This document shows, in pieces, positions 1 through 8,774 of a stretch of DNA of 64,000 nucleotides. The DNA comes from Verrucomicrobiia bacterium. GTDB taxonomy: Bacteria; Verrucomicrobiota; Verrucomicrobiia; Limisphaerales; UBA1319. Made by a program: the position numbers and the translations under genes. The notes below the pieces were generated by a model. That model was not told the origin of the DNA and made no database searches. It saw only the letters and a list, made by a program, of their open reading frames with translations. Numbering within the stretch: the stretch's first letter is position 1; the number at the start of each line of letters is the position of its first letter. The stretch is from assembly GCA_963664225.1 (NCBI GenBank), contig OY760937.1, positions 4,000,001 to 4,064,000 on the forward strand, given 5' to 3'.

Positions 1-1862
1 GTTTGCTCGATATGCATGGAAAAAGTGCCCGGTGAAACGTTCACGCCATGGATCTCGGAGGCTGGAGGCAGACTCGGTTTGCCCAGTTCGTTGGTGCCCC
101 ATTCTGCGTCGATTTTTACATAGGCTTTGACATACGACTGCACCTGATCGTGGTCGAACCGCTGATAGAGATATTGCCCAAAACCATAATTGGCAGAGGG
201 ATTGACAAGCTCGCGACCGGATTTTTTATCGACCAGAGACCGAATCGTTCCATGCGAAGGATCCAGGGCAATTCTAAACCAGGCATTTTCCATGGTCCCT
301 GCCGGAGAATCCACGGAAATATGGGATGGAGCGAGTTCCGCTTTTATTGGCACAAAGGTGCGGTATCCCATAGCCGGAATATCGTGTGCAATGAATTGAA
401 GCGCATTGTCTGCGAAGGTCGTTGGGCACACTTCCCGGCCATCGACGGCTTTGAGGGCCGCGATGGCTTTTGACGAGGCCGGAACGCTGACGAGGTCGGA
501 ACGTTTCCAGGGTAGGGGGTTATAGACCACAATTCTATAGCCTTGGGCTTGAACGGATTGGGCGAGTGATTCGAGGTCGGATCGCAGTAGCGGCGCGATT
601 AAATTGGTGACATTCTGGATGTGGGCGGTGTGTTCGTCCCAGGAGGATTCAATGCGATCGAAGCGGCCCGCAGCGCGGTCGGCGCGCCAGGAGTTGCCGA
701 ATTTCAATTGGTATTTGCCATACATCCAGGTAAAGGCACCGCCCCAAGTATGTTCGCCATAGAGCAGGCTTTCCTCGTAGGAGTTGGCGATTGTTGTGCC
801 GATGGAGGGCCTCGGAATGCCCCAGGCCAATAATTGTGTGTGAAGGGCTTCTGCTGAAGTGATTTCCGGGCGGAAATTGCGGGCCAGTTTGGCACCTGCG
901 GGATCGGACATGGGACCGTGAATCCAAGTGTCGGGCATGTCGCCGCGAACGATGGGCAGGTTCGGTTTTTCGGCGAGGAGCGCGTCGGAAAAGTCTGAGA
1001 GGCGTCCAATGCGGATTTTCACTCCGGGACATTCTTTGGCAGCTCGATCAAGGACGTCCTTGACCTCTTCGGGTGTCGGCGGGCCGTGGTTATCGCCGGT
1101 ATGGATGAGGGCGAGCCAGGTTTTGTGCGGCCAGTTGGGTGGGGGAACCAGACCGGTTCCGTAGCCTTCCGTCGTGTACATGGTGAGCAGACGGGAACCA
1201 TCGGGTCCCTGCCACCAAAACAACGGGGGCACGAGTGGTGAACTGCTGGCGGCGTTGCAACCCAAATGGAGAAAATCGACGCCGGCGTTTTTCAAAAGGG
1301 TTGGGAGAATCCAGGAATGGCAGGGGACATCGGTCATTTTGGCGTCGCGCGGCAGTTCCAGATGCAGCGACCGGGACAAACGCGAGGAATAGCCGAGTCC
1401 ACGGACCAGGTCTTCGAGTTCGAGCAATTCGGTATGGGTGGAGAAGGGCAGGGCGTGAACCATGAAGCGTCCGTCCTGCATGGCTTGGAGAATGCGTTGC
1501 TTGCGGTCGGGCGTCTGCCCTGGCCAGTCCTCGAGGATCTTGGTCATCGGCCATCCAGGAACGGTCCAGACGAATTGCTGCTCCCTGGGAAGAAGCCGAT
1601 TCTGGTCCACCACTTTCAGGGCGGCATCCATCATGGTGGTGCGATAGCGCTGAACGACGTTGCTGGCCATGTCGGTGTATCCGATGTCGAAGTGGGTTTT
1701 GAACACGACGATGACCTGATTGACGCTGGTGGCATTGGTGGTGGCCGAGGCCGCAGCGTGGCTGAAGGCGACTGGCATCAATGAAAAAATGAGAATGAGT
1801 AAGGCCAGGAGGACACCTGGGGTGAACTGCGCTAACCGGGATATGGTCTGCGGTGGTTTCAT
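1..1862 (-). CDS. Secreted GH38-like (alpha-mannosidase/DUF5054-type) glycoside hydrolase, 3'-partial (runs off the left edge; absent from the ORF track)
   Basis: Hand translation from ATG 1862: MKPPQTISRLAQFTPGVLLALLILIFSLMPVAFSHA (signal peptide)...VIVVFKTHFDIGYTD...AKMTDVPCHSW...PPLFWWQGPDGSRLL...HTGDNHGPP. The same frame reads openly near position 1 (YGFGQYLYQRFD...). HxD and FWWxGPDGS motifs are typical of the GH38 N-terminal domain. Confidence 0.85.
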   Translation of the reverse strand, partial: MKPPQTISRLAQFTPGVLLALLILIFSLMPVAFSHAAASATTNATSVNQVIVVFKTHFDIGYTDMASNVVQRYRTTMMDAALKVVDQNRLLPREQQFVWTVPGWPMTKILEDWPGQTPDRKQRILQAMQDGRFMVHALPFSTHTELLELEDLVRGLGYSSRLSRSLHLELPRDAKMTDVPCHSWILPTLLKNAGVDFLHLGCNAASSSPLVPPLFWWQGPDGSRLLTMYTTEGYGTGLVPPPNWPHKTWLALIHTGDNHGPPTPEEVKDVLDRAAKECPGVKIRIGRLSDFSDALLAEKPNLPIVRGDMPDTWIHGPMSDPAGAKLARNFRPEITSAEALHTQLLAWGIPRPSIGTTIANSYEESLLYGEHTWGGAFTWMYGKYQLKFGNSWRADRAAGRFDRIESSWDEHTAHIQNVTNLIAPLLRSDLESLAQSVQAQGYRIVVYNPLPWKRSDLVSVPASSKAIAALKAVDGREVCPTTFADNALQFIAHDIPAMGYRTFVPIKAELAPSHISVDSPAGTMENAWFRIALDPSHGTIRSLVDKKSGRELVNPSANYGFGQYLYQRFDHDQVQSYVKAYVKIDAEWGTNELGKPSLPPASEIHGVNVSPGTFSMHIEQ

Positions 1863-2123
1863 GGGAATCAATGGATGAAATATTTTGTGAGGTGTCAATG
1901 AAACTTGGAATGGGGAACGGCGGTAAGAAGTCGATATGAACCACGAAATGCGCGAAATGGGAAGGGAAAGATATTTCAAAGCTAACGTTTGGAGATCACC
2001 CGCTTTTGTGGAGAGGTTTTTTGGGTTAATTGTCTTGAAGAAATGTTCTGGCGCGCACCCTGTGCTTCAAATGCCCTCTCTTTTCAGTTGCGATGGAACC
2101 GAGGCGAGGCATTCTATGAATGA

Positions 2124-3218
2124 ATGATTAGAGCGGGCCAGTCATTGGATTTGTGGCGCGCCTGGACAAACTCACTTGTCCGGGCGTTTGCACTTTCATT
2201 GGCCTTCCATTTCATTTTGTTCAGCGGAATCGAGATCGGACGGTCGATGGGCCTGTGGCAGACGACCGCAATTCCCGCCTGGCTCTCCGAGGCGGTAATT
2301 GAAAGCATGCGCACGTCCGCCGAGCAGAGCAAAAAGAACAAGGAACAGGACCTTGCCAGCATGCACGAAACACCGCTGCTCTTTGTGGAGGTGGATCCTG
2401 TTCAAACGGTGGTGACGCCGCCCAAAGAGGCCAAGTATTATTCCTCGCGCAATTCGACGGCGGCGAATCCTGACCCCGTCAAAGAGACGGAGGACCCTAA
2501 AATCGAGGGCAAACAAACCAAGGTCACCAAGACTCTTGATGTTTCCAAGCTTCAGCCAGCTCCAACCCCCAAGCCGGATCCCCTCAAGCCCACGCCCGAG
2601 ACGCCAAAACCGCTCGAGCCCACCGTGGCCGAGGCCAAGCCAGAGGTGAAACCCCAGCCTGCGGTTGCGCAGGAAGAGGTCACACCCGGTCCCAAGCCCG
2701 GCGATATGGATATTGCCTCGGCCCAACCGAAACCGGCAGGCGCGCCTCCGGCCGCTCAACCATCCGCGCCTGCAACCGCAAGCCCGGAACCGCGCGTGCG
2801 TCCGCGCACAATTGCGGCGGCGCTGGCGCAAAAAGGGGTGCTCATTGGCGAGAAATCCAAGCAGGACGGTGGTGTGAAACGCCGGGCCACGATGTCCTCG
2901 CTGGATGTCAAGGCAACCCCGTTTGGGGCGTATGACGCGGCGATCATCGCGGCCATCCAGCAGCGCTGGTTCGATTTGCTTGACCAGAATGACTACACGC
3001 GTGGACGCACGGGCAAGGTGGTGCTGGATTTTCGACTGATGCAGGACGGGCGCATCACGGTGATGCAGGTGTCCGACAATGACGTGGGCGAATTACTGGG
3101 ACTGGTCTGCCAACGGGCCGTGCTGGATCCGGCGCCCTACGCTCCGTGGCCCGCCGACATGAAGAGGATGCTGCATTCGAATTACCGCGATGTGCGTTTC
3201 ACCTTTTATTATGAATGA
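2124..3218 (+). CDS. tonB: TonB/TolA-family energy transducer
   Basis: N-terminal TM with SxxxH (SLAFH), long Pro/Lys/Glu-rich linker, TonB-C-like C-terminus (GKVVLDFRLMQDGRIT...APYAPWP...VRFTFYY); directly upstream of exbB/exbD-like genes. Confidence 0.8.
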   Translation: MIRAGQSLDLWRAWTNSLVRAFALSLAFHFILFSGIEIGRSMGLWQTTAIPAWLSEAVIESMRTSAEQSKKNKEQDLASMHETPLLFVEVDPVQTVVTPPKEAKYYSSRNSTAANPDPVKETEDPKIEGKQTKVTKTLDVSKLQPAPTPKPDPLKPTPETPKPLEPTVAEAKPEVKPQPAVAQEEVTPGPKPGDMDIASAQPKPAGAPPAAQPSAPATASPEPRVRPRTIAAALAQKGVLIGEKSKQDGGVKRRATMSSLDVKATPFGAYDAAIIAAIQQRWFDLLDQNDYTRGRTGKVVLDFRLMQDGRITVMQVSDNDVGELLGLVCQRAVLDPAPYAPWPADMKRMLHSNYRDVRFTFYYE

Positions 3219-3271
3219 AATGAATTCTGTCTTTTCGCTGATTAACTAGCCCGTTATTATAAACAATTATT

Positions 3272-3889
3272 ATGTGGGAATTCTTAAGAGCTGGCGGACC
3301 ATTCATGTTTTTTCTGGTCCTGACCTCTGTTGTGGCCGTGGCTTTCATCATCGAACGGGGTCTCGCGTTGCGCTGGCCCAAGGTCATTCCCCCTGCCGTT
3401 GAGGAAGCCATGCAGCACTGCCATGATCCCGAGGACCTCGGCCGCTTCCGCAACATTTGTCAGGCCCAGCCCTCGGCGTTGAGCCGGTTGCTGCTGATCG
3501 CCATGGAACACCTGGGATCCGCCAAGGCCGAGGCGTCGGACGCCGTGCAGACGCAGGCCCGCCATGAGGTGCTGCTGCTCGAGCGCGGACTGGTCATTCT
3601 CGAAATCATCGTGGGCATCGCCCCGCTGCTCGGACTGGTTGGCACCATTCACGGTTTGATCACGCTCTTCGGCGACCTGGCCCGCGCCGGATTGAACGAT
3701 AACACCGTTGTTGCCAAAGGCATCGCCATCGCGTTGAACACCACGCTGACCGGCCTGCTCATCGCCATTCCATCGCTGATCGCCTGGAGTTATTACAACA
3801 AGAAAGTGGAGACCATGGCCGTGGAAATGGAGCGCATGCTCGATGAATTCCTGCGGCGGCTTTACAAGAAAAAAAAGGTCAAGGCCTAG
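3272..3889 (+). CDS. exbB: MotA/TolQ/ExbB proton channel protein
   Basis: APLLGLVGTIHGLI and GIAIALNTTLTGLLIAIPS transmembrane motifs. Confidence 0.9.
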   Translation: MWEFLRAGGPFMFFLVLTSVVAVAFIIERGLALRWPKVIPPAVEEAMQHCHDPEDLGRFRNICQAQPSALSRLLLIAMEHLGSAKAEASDAVQTQARHEVLLLERGLVILEIIVGIAPLLGLVGTIHGLITLFGDLARAGLNDNTVVAKGIAIALNTTLTGLLIAIPSLIAWSYYNKKVETMAVEMERMLDEFLRRLYKKKKVKA

Positions 3890-3892
3890 GCC

Positions 3893-4312
3893 ATGAAATT
3901 TATCACGCGCAAGCGGCGTACCGCGCCCACGATCATCATCATTTCGTTGATCGACATCCTGATCGTGCTCCTGATCTTTCTGATGGTATCGACCACATTC
4001 AAGCAGCAGCCCGCGCTCAAACTGGCCCTGCCCGAATCCAAACAGGGCAAACCCGGCGCGTCTGAAAACAGCCCTCTGGTGGTCACGATTGCCAAACAGG
4101 CTCCATACTTGTATCTCAATACCGATCCGGTCACGGCAGATCGCCTACAGAGTGAATTGATGAGTCGCGTGGCGAAGAATCCCCAGCTCACTCTCGCCAT
4201 CCGCGCGGACACAGACGCACCTTTCGGTCAGATCGTCAAAGTGATGGACATGGCCAAACTGGCCCATGTCAAATCCGTGAGCGCCTTCACGAAGAATAAT
4301 GCGGGGCAATAG
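3893..4312 (+). CDS. exbD: ExbD/TolR biopolymer transport protein
   Basis: SLIDILIVLLIFLMV TM with conserved Asp; IRADTDAPFGQIVKVMD motif. Confidence 0.9.
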   Translation: MKFITRKRRTAPTIIIISLIDILIVLLIFLMVSTTFKQQPALKLALPESKQGKPGASENSPLVVTIAKQAPYLYLNTDPVTADRLQSELMSRVAKNPQLTLAIRADTDAPFGQIVKVMDMAKLAHVKSVSAFTKNNAGQ

Positions 4313-4387
4313 CGGCGGCCGACGGGACTCGGACCTTCAATAAAAATTAAGGCGGAAACGGCGCGAAGCGTCAAAAAATCGTATTCA

Positions 4388-4633
4388 TTACGAACGCTCA
4401 ACCGCCTCTGGATAAGCAATGCGCACCAGGAGCGGCGCGCCGCGCAAGAGCCAGTAGGCCACGAGAAGCGGCCAGCAAAGCATGAGGACGGCAACGAATG
4501 AATTGCTGGCGGCGCTGGAGAAGAACATCGGGATGGCCACCGGCAGCCCGATCAATCCGTGATAAAGGAAACCCAAGCCGAGAAGGCGGACGGCGAGTTT
4601 GAATATTTCTTTCGATGTCATGGTGATTTGCAT
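4388..4633 (-). CDS. Small membrane protein (two predicted TM helices), hypothetical
   Basis: Two hydrophobic stretches; starts 8 nt after the stop of the upstream gene, with GGAGG upstream. Confidence 0.6.
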   Translation of the reverse strand: MQITMTSKEIFKLAVRLLGLGFLYHGLIGLPVAIPMFFSSAASNSFVAVLMLCWPLLVAYWLLRGAPLLVRIAYPEAVERS

Positions 4634-4641
4634 GTGATGTA

Positions 4642-5028
4642 TCAGACCTCCGATTTTTGATCCTCCAGCAGCGCTCTGGCTCTCTCATAATCACGGGGAG
4701 TGGTCTGGATGCGAACGTATCCAAAGGTGTTCAGGTTGAACCCGATGGTCTGCATCAAATACTCGTCGGGAATAAAGGCTGTAATCCCCGCTGAACGCAG
4801 TCTGCTCACAATCATGTCCGCTGCTCCAAGCGTTTCGCATGTTACGAGGGTCACAAAGTCCTTCTGGCTGTCCTGCGGCGATAGTGGTGCGAACTCATAC
4901 GTTGGTCGATCGGGATTGGGACCGCTTGCCGCAGCAGCGACAGAGTCCGCGACGAGCGGGGTGTGGTCGATGGGACACTCGACGACGTCGTCCTGAAAAT
5001 CGGCACCGCAGTAAGAGCATGTTCTCAT
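4642..5028 (-). CDS. Zn-ribbon-like + DUF2007-like (putative signal-transducing) protein
   Basis: MRTCSYCG...ECPID N-terminus; ADMIVSRLRSAGITAFIPDE...VRIQTTPRDYERARALL resembles DUF2007. Start at ATG 5028 preferred. Confidence 0.7.
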   Translation of the reverse strand: MRTCSYCGADFQDDVVECPIDHTPLVADSVAAAASGPNPDRPTYEFAPLSPQDSQKDFVTLVTCETLGAADMIVSRLRSAGITAFIPDEYLMQTIGFNLNTFGYVRIQTTPRDYERARALLEDQKSEV

Positions 5029-5197
5029 ATTGGTATGCAGCAAATGGTCGGGCCGGCCAACCGTGGTTATGGTCTCCAATCAAAACACCGGAATCAAACC
5101 GGGGTTTCCAGTGGAAGATTGAGCGCATAATAAACCGGAGCATGCATTCATGGCAAGTATAAAATGGTTGTTTTTGAAGTGGCTTTGGGTTACAGAA

Positions 5198-5209
5198 TGA
5201 ACCGGTTCA
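5198..5209. promoter_or_regulatory. Palindrome TGAACCGGTTCA, candidate LacI-family operator
   Basis: Perfect 12-bp palindrome with AAnCGnTT core, upstream of a glycoside hydrolase gene. Confidence 0.35.
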
Positions 5210-5436
5210 AACTTTCCCACGGAGAAATTGTTTGCCACCCGGTTATAATGATTCGCCTGATGCAGCGTGCAAACTCCAGTGTTGTTACGAAATGGTTGGT
5301 TTCTAGAGAATATGGTTGGACTTTGTCATCAAGATTCGGGGGTAATCATAACTATTGACATCGCGGTGCATGTCAAGCATGAATTGGCCATGCCATGTCC
5401 ATTGCGAGTTCCATATGCAGTGAAGGCGGGCGCATT

Positions 5437-6582
5437 ATGAGATTATCTCGCGCTGCTGATTTCTGTTTTTCACCGTGTCGTGCCGTGATCTCCTTTCGCA
5501 TGCTGGTCGTTCTTGTCCTTGTGTTGGCGGGCTTGCCTCCCGCCCAGGCAGATCCGAAGTCCACAGTGGCTAATCCTGGCGATGACGGGGATGCTTGTGG
5601 GCGCACAGTCCTTGGTGTCAAAGGCACTCAATTTACCGTCAATGGCCAGGCCTCGTTTCTGCTTGGCGCCAGTTATTATGGCGGTCTGGGAGCGCCTGAA
5701 CACTTCGTCCGTCAGGACTTGAGCGATCTGAAGCGAGACGGTTTCAACTGGATTCGGGTCTGGGCCAATTGGGGCGCTTCTGAAAATAATGTGTCCGCCT
5801 TCGATTCGGACGGCAATGCGCGCGAACCCTTTCTCGCCAGATTACAGTGGCTGGTGGCGGAATGCGATCAGCGGGGAATGCTGGTCGATGTCACCTTGTC
5901 CCGGGGCGACAGCGGTGCGGGCCAACCCCGATTGCTGGGGCTTGTGGCACATCGTCGGGCGGTGGAAACGGTCGTAACCGCCTTGAAAACCCACCGCAAC
6001 TGGTATCTCGATCTCTCGAACGAAAGGAATGTCGGAGACAAACGATTTACGAGCATGGACGAATTGAAGGATCTTCGGCAACTGGCGCGCCGGCTTGATC
6101 CCGATCTTCTGGTGACAGCCTCCCACGGTAGTGACATTGAACCGGAGGAGTTGGCCGGTTATTTGAAGACGGTGGGCGTTGATTTCATTGCCCCGCATCG
6201 GCCACGGGACAAACGTTCGCCTGAACAAACGGAGGCAACGACCAAGGATTATTTGAGCCGGATGCGTGATTTGGGCCGCATAGTGCCGGTGCTCTACCAG
6301 GAACCTTTCCGCCGCGGTTACGGCAATTGGCAGCCTGTGGCGGAAGATTTTCTGACCGATGCGCGCGGGGCTTTGGCTGGTGGCGCGGCAGGGTGGTGTT
6401 TTCATAACGGCAGTGGCGGGCCTAAAGGAGATGACCAACCGCGTTCATTTGATCTGCGGGCGAAACGTTTGTTCGAGCAGTTGGATGCGCAGGAGCAAAA
6501 GGCCGTTCAGTGTTTGCGGAACGGGGTTAGACAGACTCCGAATCCACGGACTGGAGGCTCTTCCGAAGAGCGGAATAAATAA
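5437..6582 (+). CDS. Secreted clan GH-A (GH5-like TIM barrel) glycoside hydrolase
   Basis: Signal peptide; GFNWIRVWANW, DLSNERN (acid/base), LYQEP (nucleophile), AGWCFHNG. Start uncertain. Confidence 0.7.
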   Translation: MRLSRAADFCFSPCRAVISFRMLVVLVLVLAGLPPAQADPKSTVANPGDDGDACGRTVLGVKGTQFTVNGQASFLLGASYYGGLGAPEHFVRQDLSDLKRDGFNWIRVWANWGASENNVSAFDSDGNAREPFLARLQWLVAECDQRGMLVDVTLSRGDSGAGQPRLLGLVAHRRAVETVVTALKTHRNWYLDLSNERNVGDKRFTSMDELKDLRQLARRLDPDLLVTASHGSDIEPEELAGYLKTVGVDFIAPHRPRDKRSPEQTEATTKDYLSRMRDLGRIVPVLYQEPFRRGYGNWQPVAEDFLTDARGALAGGAAGWCFHNGSGGPKGDDQPRSFDLRAKRLFEQLDAQEQKAVQCLRNGVRQTPNPRTGGSSEERNK

Positions 6583-6595
6583 GCGTCCGACACTG

Positions 6596-6627
6596 ACTCC
6601 GTCCCCGCAGAAGTGGGACGGAGTTTT
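6596..6627 (+). terminator. Probable intrinsic terminator between convergent genes
   Basis: ACTCCGTCCC-loop-GGGACGGAGT followed by TTT. Confidence 0.55.
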
Positions 6628-6661
6628 ACGCATCGGTAGAACCCATTTGCGTCCGCCTGCT

Positions 6662-8626
6662 TTACCGGATCTTCACCAGCACCACGCCGTGACGCGGCAC
6701 GGCGGTCTGGAAGGCCTGGTTGAATGAGCCCAAATCCTGCTGGCGCCACAGGTCGCGCACAACATGATTGCCCTTCAACCCCAGGGCGGTCCATTTGACG
6801 GTGACCGCGGTGGTCAACTCGCCGCGATTGAACAGGCCAACCGCCTTGGAGCCATCCTCCAAATCCCGGCTCCAGACTTCGAGGTCGCCATCCTTGGCGA
6901 TGCGCCGTCCGGGGCGGCCCAGGCTGTCCTGATCGACTTCGATCACCTCGTCGTTGGTGAGGAGGCTCAGGGTGAAGTCGTCCATGCGCGTGATGTCGCC
7001 GCTGAAGATGAGCGGGGCCGCCACAAGAGACCACAGCGAGACATGGGTGTATTGCTCATTGGGGGTGAGCGGGGTCATGGCGGTCTGCCCCTTCCAGTTG
7101 CTCAGATAGCCGAGCAATAAATAATCGGGATCGTTCCAACCGCCGGGGCCTCCAAAGCGGTGCAAGTCGTTTCGTGAATACACATCGAAGCCGTCGCGGA
7201 ATATTCCCGTGCCAATGCCTTCAAAGGACAGGCCCAGATCGCCGGCGGTGCGCCAGCTATGACCGCCGGTGCTCTTGCCCCATTCCCATACGTTCCCCAT
7301 TCCATACTGGCAGAGGTTGAGAACGATGTCGCGCTTTTGCTCCTTGAGCAGGCGGCCCATGACGTCGTAGGGTTTACGGAAATCGGCCACCGTGCCGCCC
7401 TTGGCGATGCTACCATAGGAACACCAATCGTGTTTGAGAAAATCGAATCCCCATTCCGCGTAGCGCTGCGCATCAAGGGCCTCGTGTTCCCAGGCGCCCA
7501 GGTGTCCGGCGCAGGTCGTTGGTCCAGGCGAGGTGTAAATACCCGCCTTGAGTCCCTTGGTGTGAATGTAATCGGTCAGGGCCTTCATGTCAGGGAAACG
7601 CCGGTTTGAGTTGATGCGACCCTGGGCGTCGCGCGGTTCGCCTCCCAGCGAGGCATCATCCGAGCCGGGCTTGACCGCCCAGCAATCGTCAATATTCACA
7701 TACATGTAGCCGTGATCGATCATGCCGCTGCGCTCCATGGCGTCGGCCGCCTCGCGCATGATCTTGTCGGTGACATGGCCTTCCCACACATACCAACTGT
7801 TCCAGCCCATGTGCGGTGTCAGGGCCAGGGTCTGGCCACAGGCAATCTTGAATTTGCTGCGGGCGGCTCCCAGGTTGTTGGACACCTTGAAGGTGACCCA
7901 ATAATCGCCCGCCTTGGCCACGGTTCCCGAGATGATTCCCGTGGTTTCGTCCACGCTCAAACCTTTCGGCAGATCGGAGACCGCGTAGCGCAAAGGCCTT
8001 TCGCCGGTGGCGGGAATTTTATAGAGGAACGGCGAACCCGGGCGCACGCCGAATATTTTCGGGCCATTGATCCTGGGTTTGGGCGAGGGCTTCGGGGTGA
8101 GGATCACGGCTTCCTCGATCGGGGCAAAAACGGTCCGTGGCGTTTCTCCGGTCACGGCGAATTGCGCGGTCAGCCAGTCGGCGTGGCAGAAGTCGATGGC
8201 GCCGCTGACCGATTGCGCGAGAAGTGTCAGCATTTTTACGCCGCGCAGTGGTAGATTCACGGGTGCGGCCTGATCGCCCTTCTTCAACTCGGGGCTGTGC
8301 CAGAGGAGAATTCCATCTGCATAAACGCGGAAGACGATGGCGGAGCCTGCGCTCTTTGCATTGTCGTCCACGCCGCACAAGGCGCTGAATGCCTCGGTTC
8401 CGCCGTTCAACTCGACATAAATCCTGCTTTCCGCGTGTGTGCCCACGCCGTGTGCGAATTTCAGACCGCCAACGCTCAATGGTGTTTGGGTCACCGACTG
8501 GTCCGCCTGAGCGGTGCCCCAGCCTTGTGTCACTTTGGCCAAGTCCAGGGAGGAGAGCCAGATTTTGTCCGCGGCCTGCGCCGCGCAAGCCACGACGAGC
8601 AGGATGGAGAGATACAGGATTTTCAT
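6662..8626 (-). CDS. Secreted GH27 alpha-galactosidase-like enzyme with NPCBM/NEW2 and Ig-like domains
   Basis: Signal peptide; NPCBM-like (FAHGVGTHAES...CHADW); Ig-like (LPKGLSVDETTGIISGT); GH27 motifs TPHMGWNSW, VNIDDCW, FLKHDWC, WRTAGD, WNDPDYL. Confidence 0.9.
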   Translation of the reverse strand: MKILYLSILLVVACAAQAADKIWLSSLDLAKVTQGWGTAQADQSVTQTPLSVGGLKFAHGVGTHAESRIYVELNGGTEAFSALCGVDDNAKSAGSAIVFRVYADGILLWHSPELKKGDQAAPVNLPLRGVKMLTLLAQSVSGAIDFCHADWLTAQFAVTGETPRTVFAPIEEAVILTPKPSPKPRINGPKIFGVRPGSPFLYKIPATGERPLRYAVSDLPKGLSVDETTGIISGTVAKAGDYWVTFKVSNNLGAARSKFKIACGQTLALTPHMGWNSWYVWEGHVTDKIMREAADAMERSGMIDHGYMYVNIDDCWAVKPGSDDASLGGEPRDAQGRINSNRRFPDMKALTDYIHTKGLKAGIYTSPGPTTCAGHLGAWEHEALDAQRYAEWGFDFLKHDWCSYGSIAKGGTVADFRKPYDVMGRLLKEQKRDIVLNLCQYGMGNVWEWGKSTGGHSWRTAGDLGLSFEGIGTGIFRDGFDVYSRNDLHRFGGPGGWNDPDYLLLGYLSNWKGQTAMTPLTPNEQYTHVSLWSLVAAPLIFSGDITRMDDFTLSLLTNDEVIEVDQDSLGRPGRRIAKDGDLEVWSRDLEDGSKAVGLFNRGELTTAVTVKWTALGLKGNHVVRDLWRQQDLGSFNQAFQTAVPRHGVVLVKIR

Positions 8627-8721
8627 GATGCGCGCAGCTTAACAAATTCCGCGCTAGATGTCCACGTCGTCGTAGGCGGGATCAAAACTCAAGCGGCCTT
8701 CAAGAAGCAATGCTGTACATG

Positions 8722-8755
8722 AAAAAGGCGGAGAAGAACCGAATCATCTCCGCCT
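8722..8755 (-). terminator. Intrinsic terminator of the decaheme cytochrome gene
   Basis: Minus strand AGGCGGAGA-loop-TCTCCGCCT-TTTT, about 20 nt after the stop. Confidence 0.7.
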
Positions 8756-8774
8756 GTGAATTGAACACTATTAA

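Noticed and set aside
1090..1944. 284-aa minus-strand ORF in the track, plus other short ORFs within 1-1900
   Set aside because: Off-frame or antisense shadows of the GH38-like gene, which has a signal peptide and family motifs
1938..1960. AACCACGAAATGCGCGAAATG, possibly a relic of a short intergenic repeat family
   Set aside because: Single degenerate copy; no second copy seen in the window
2550..2800. Pro/Ala/Lys-rich low-complexity stretch
   Set aside because: Normal TonB/TolA periplasmic linker
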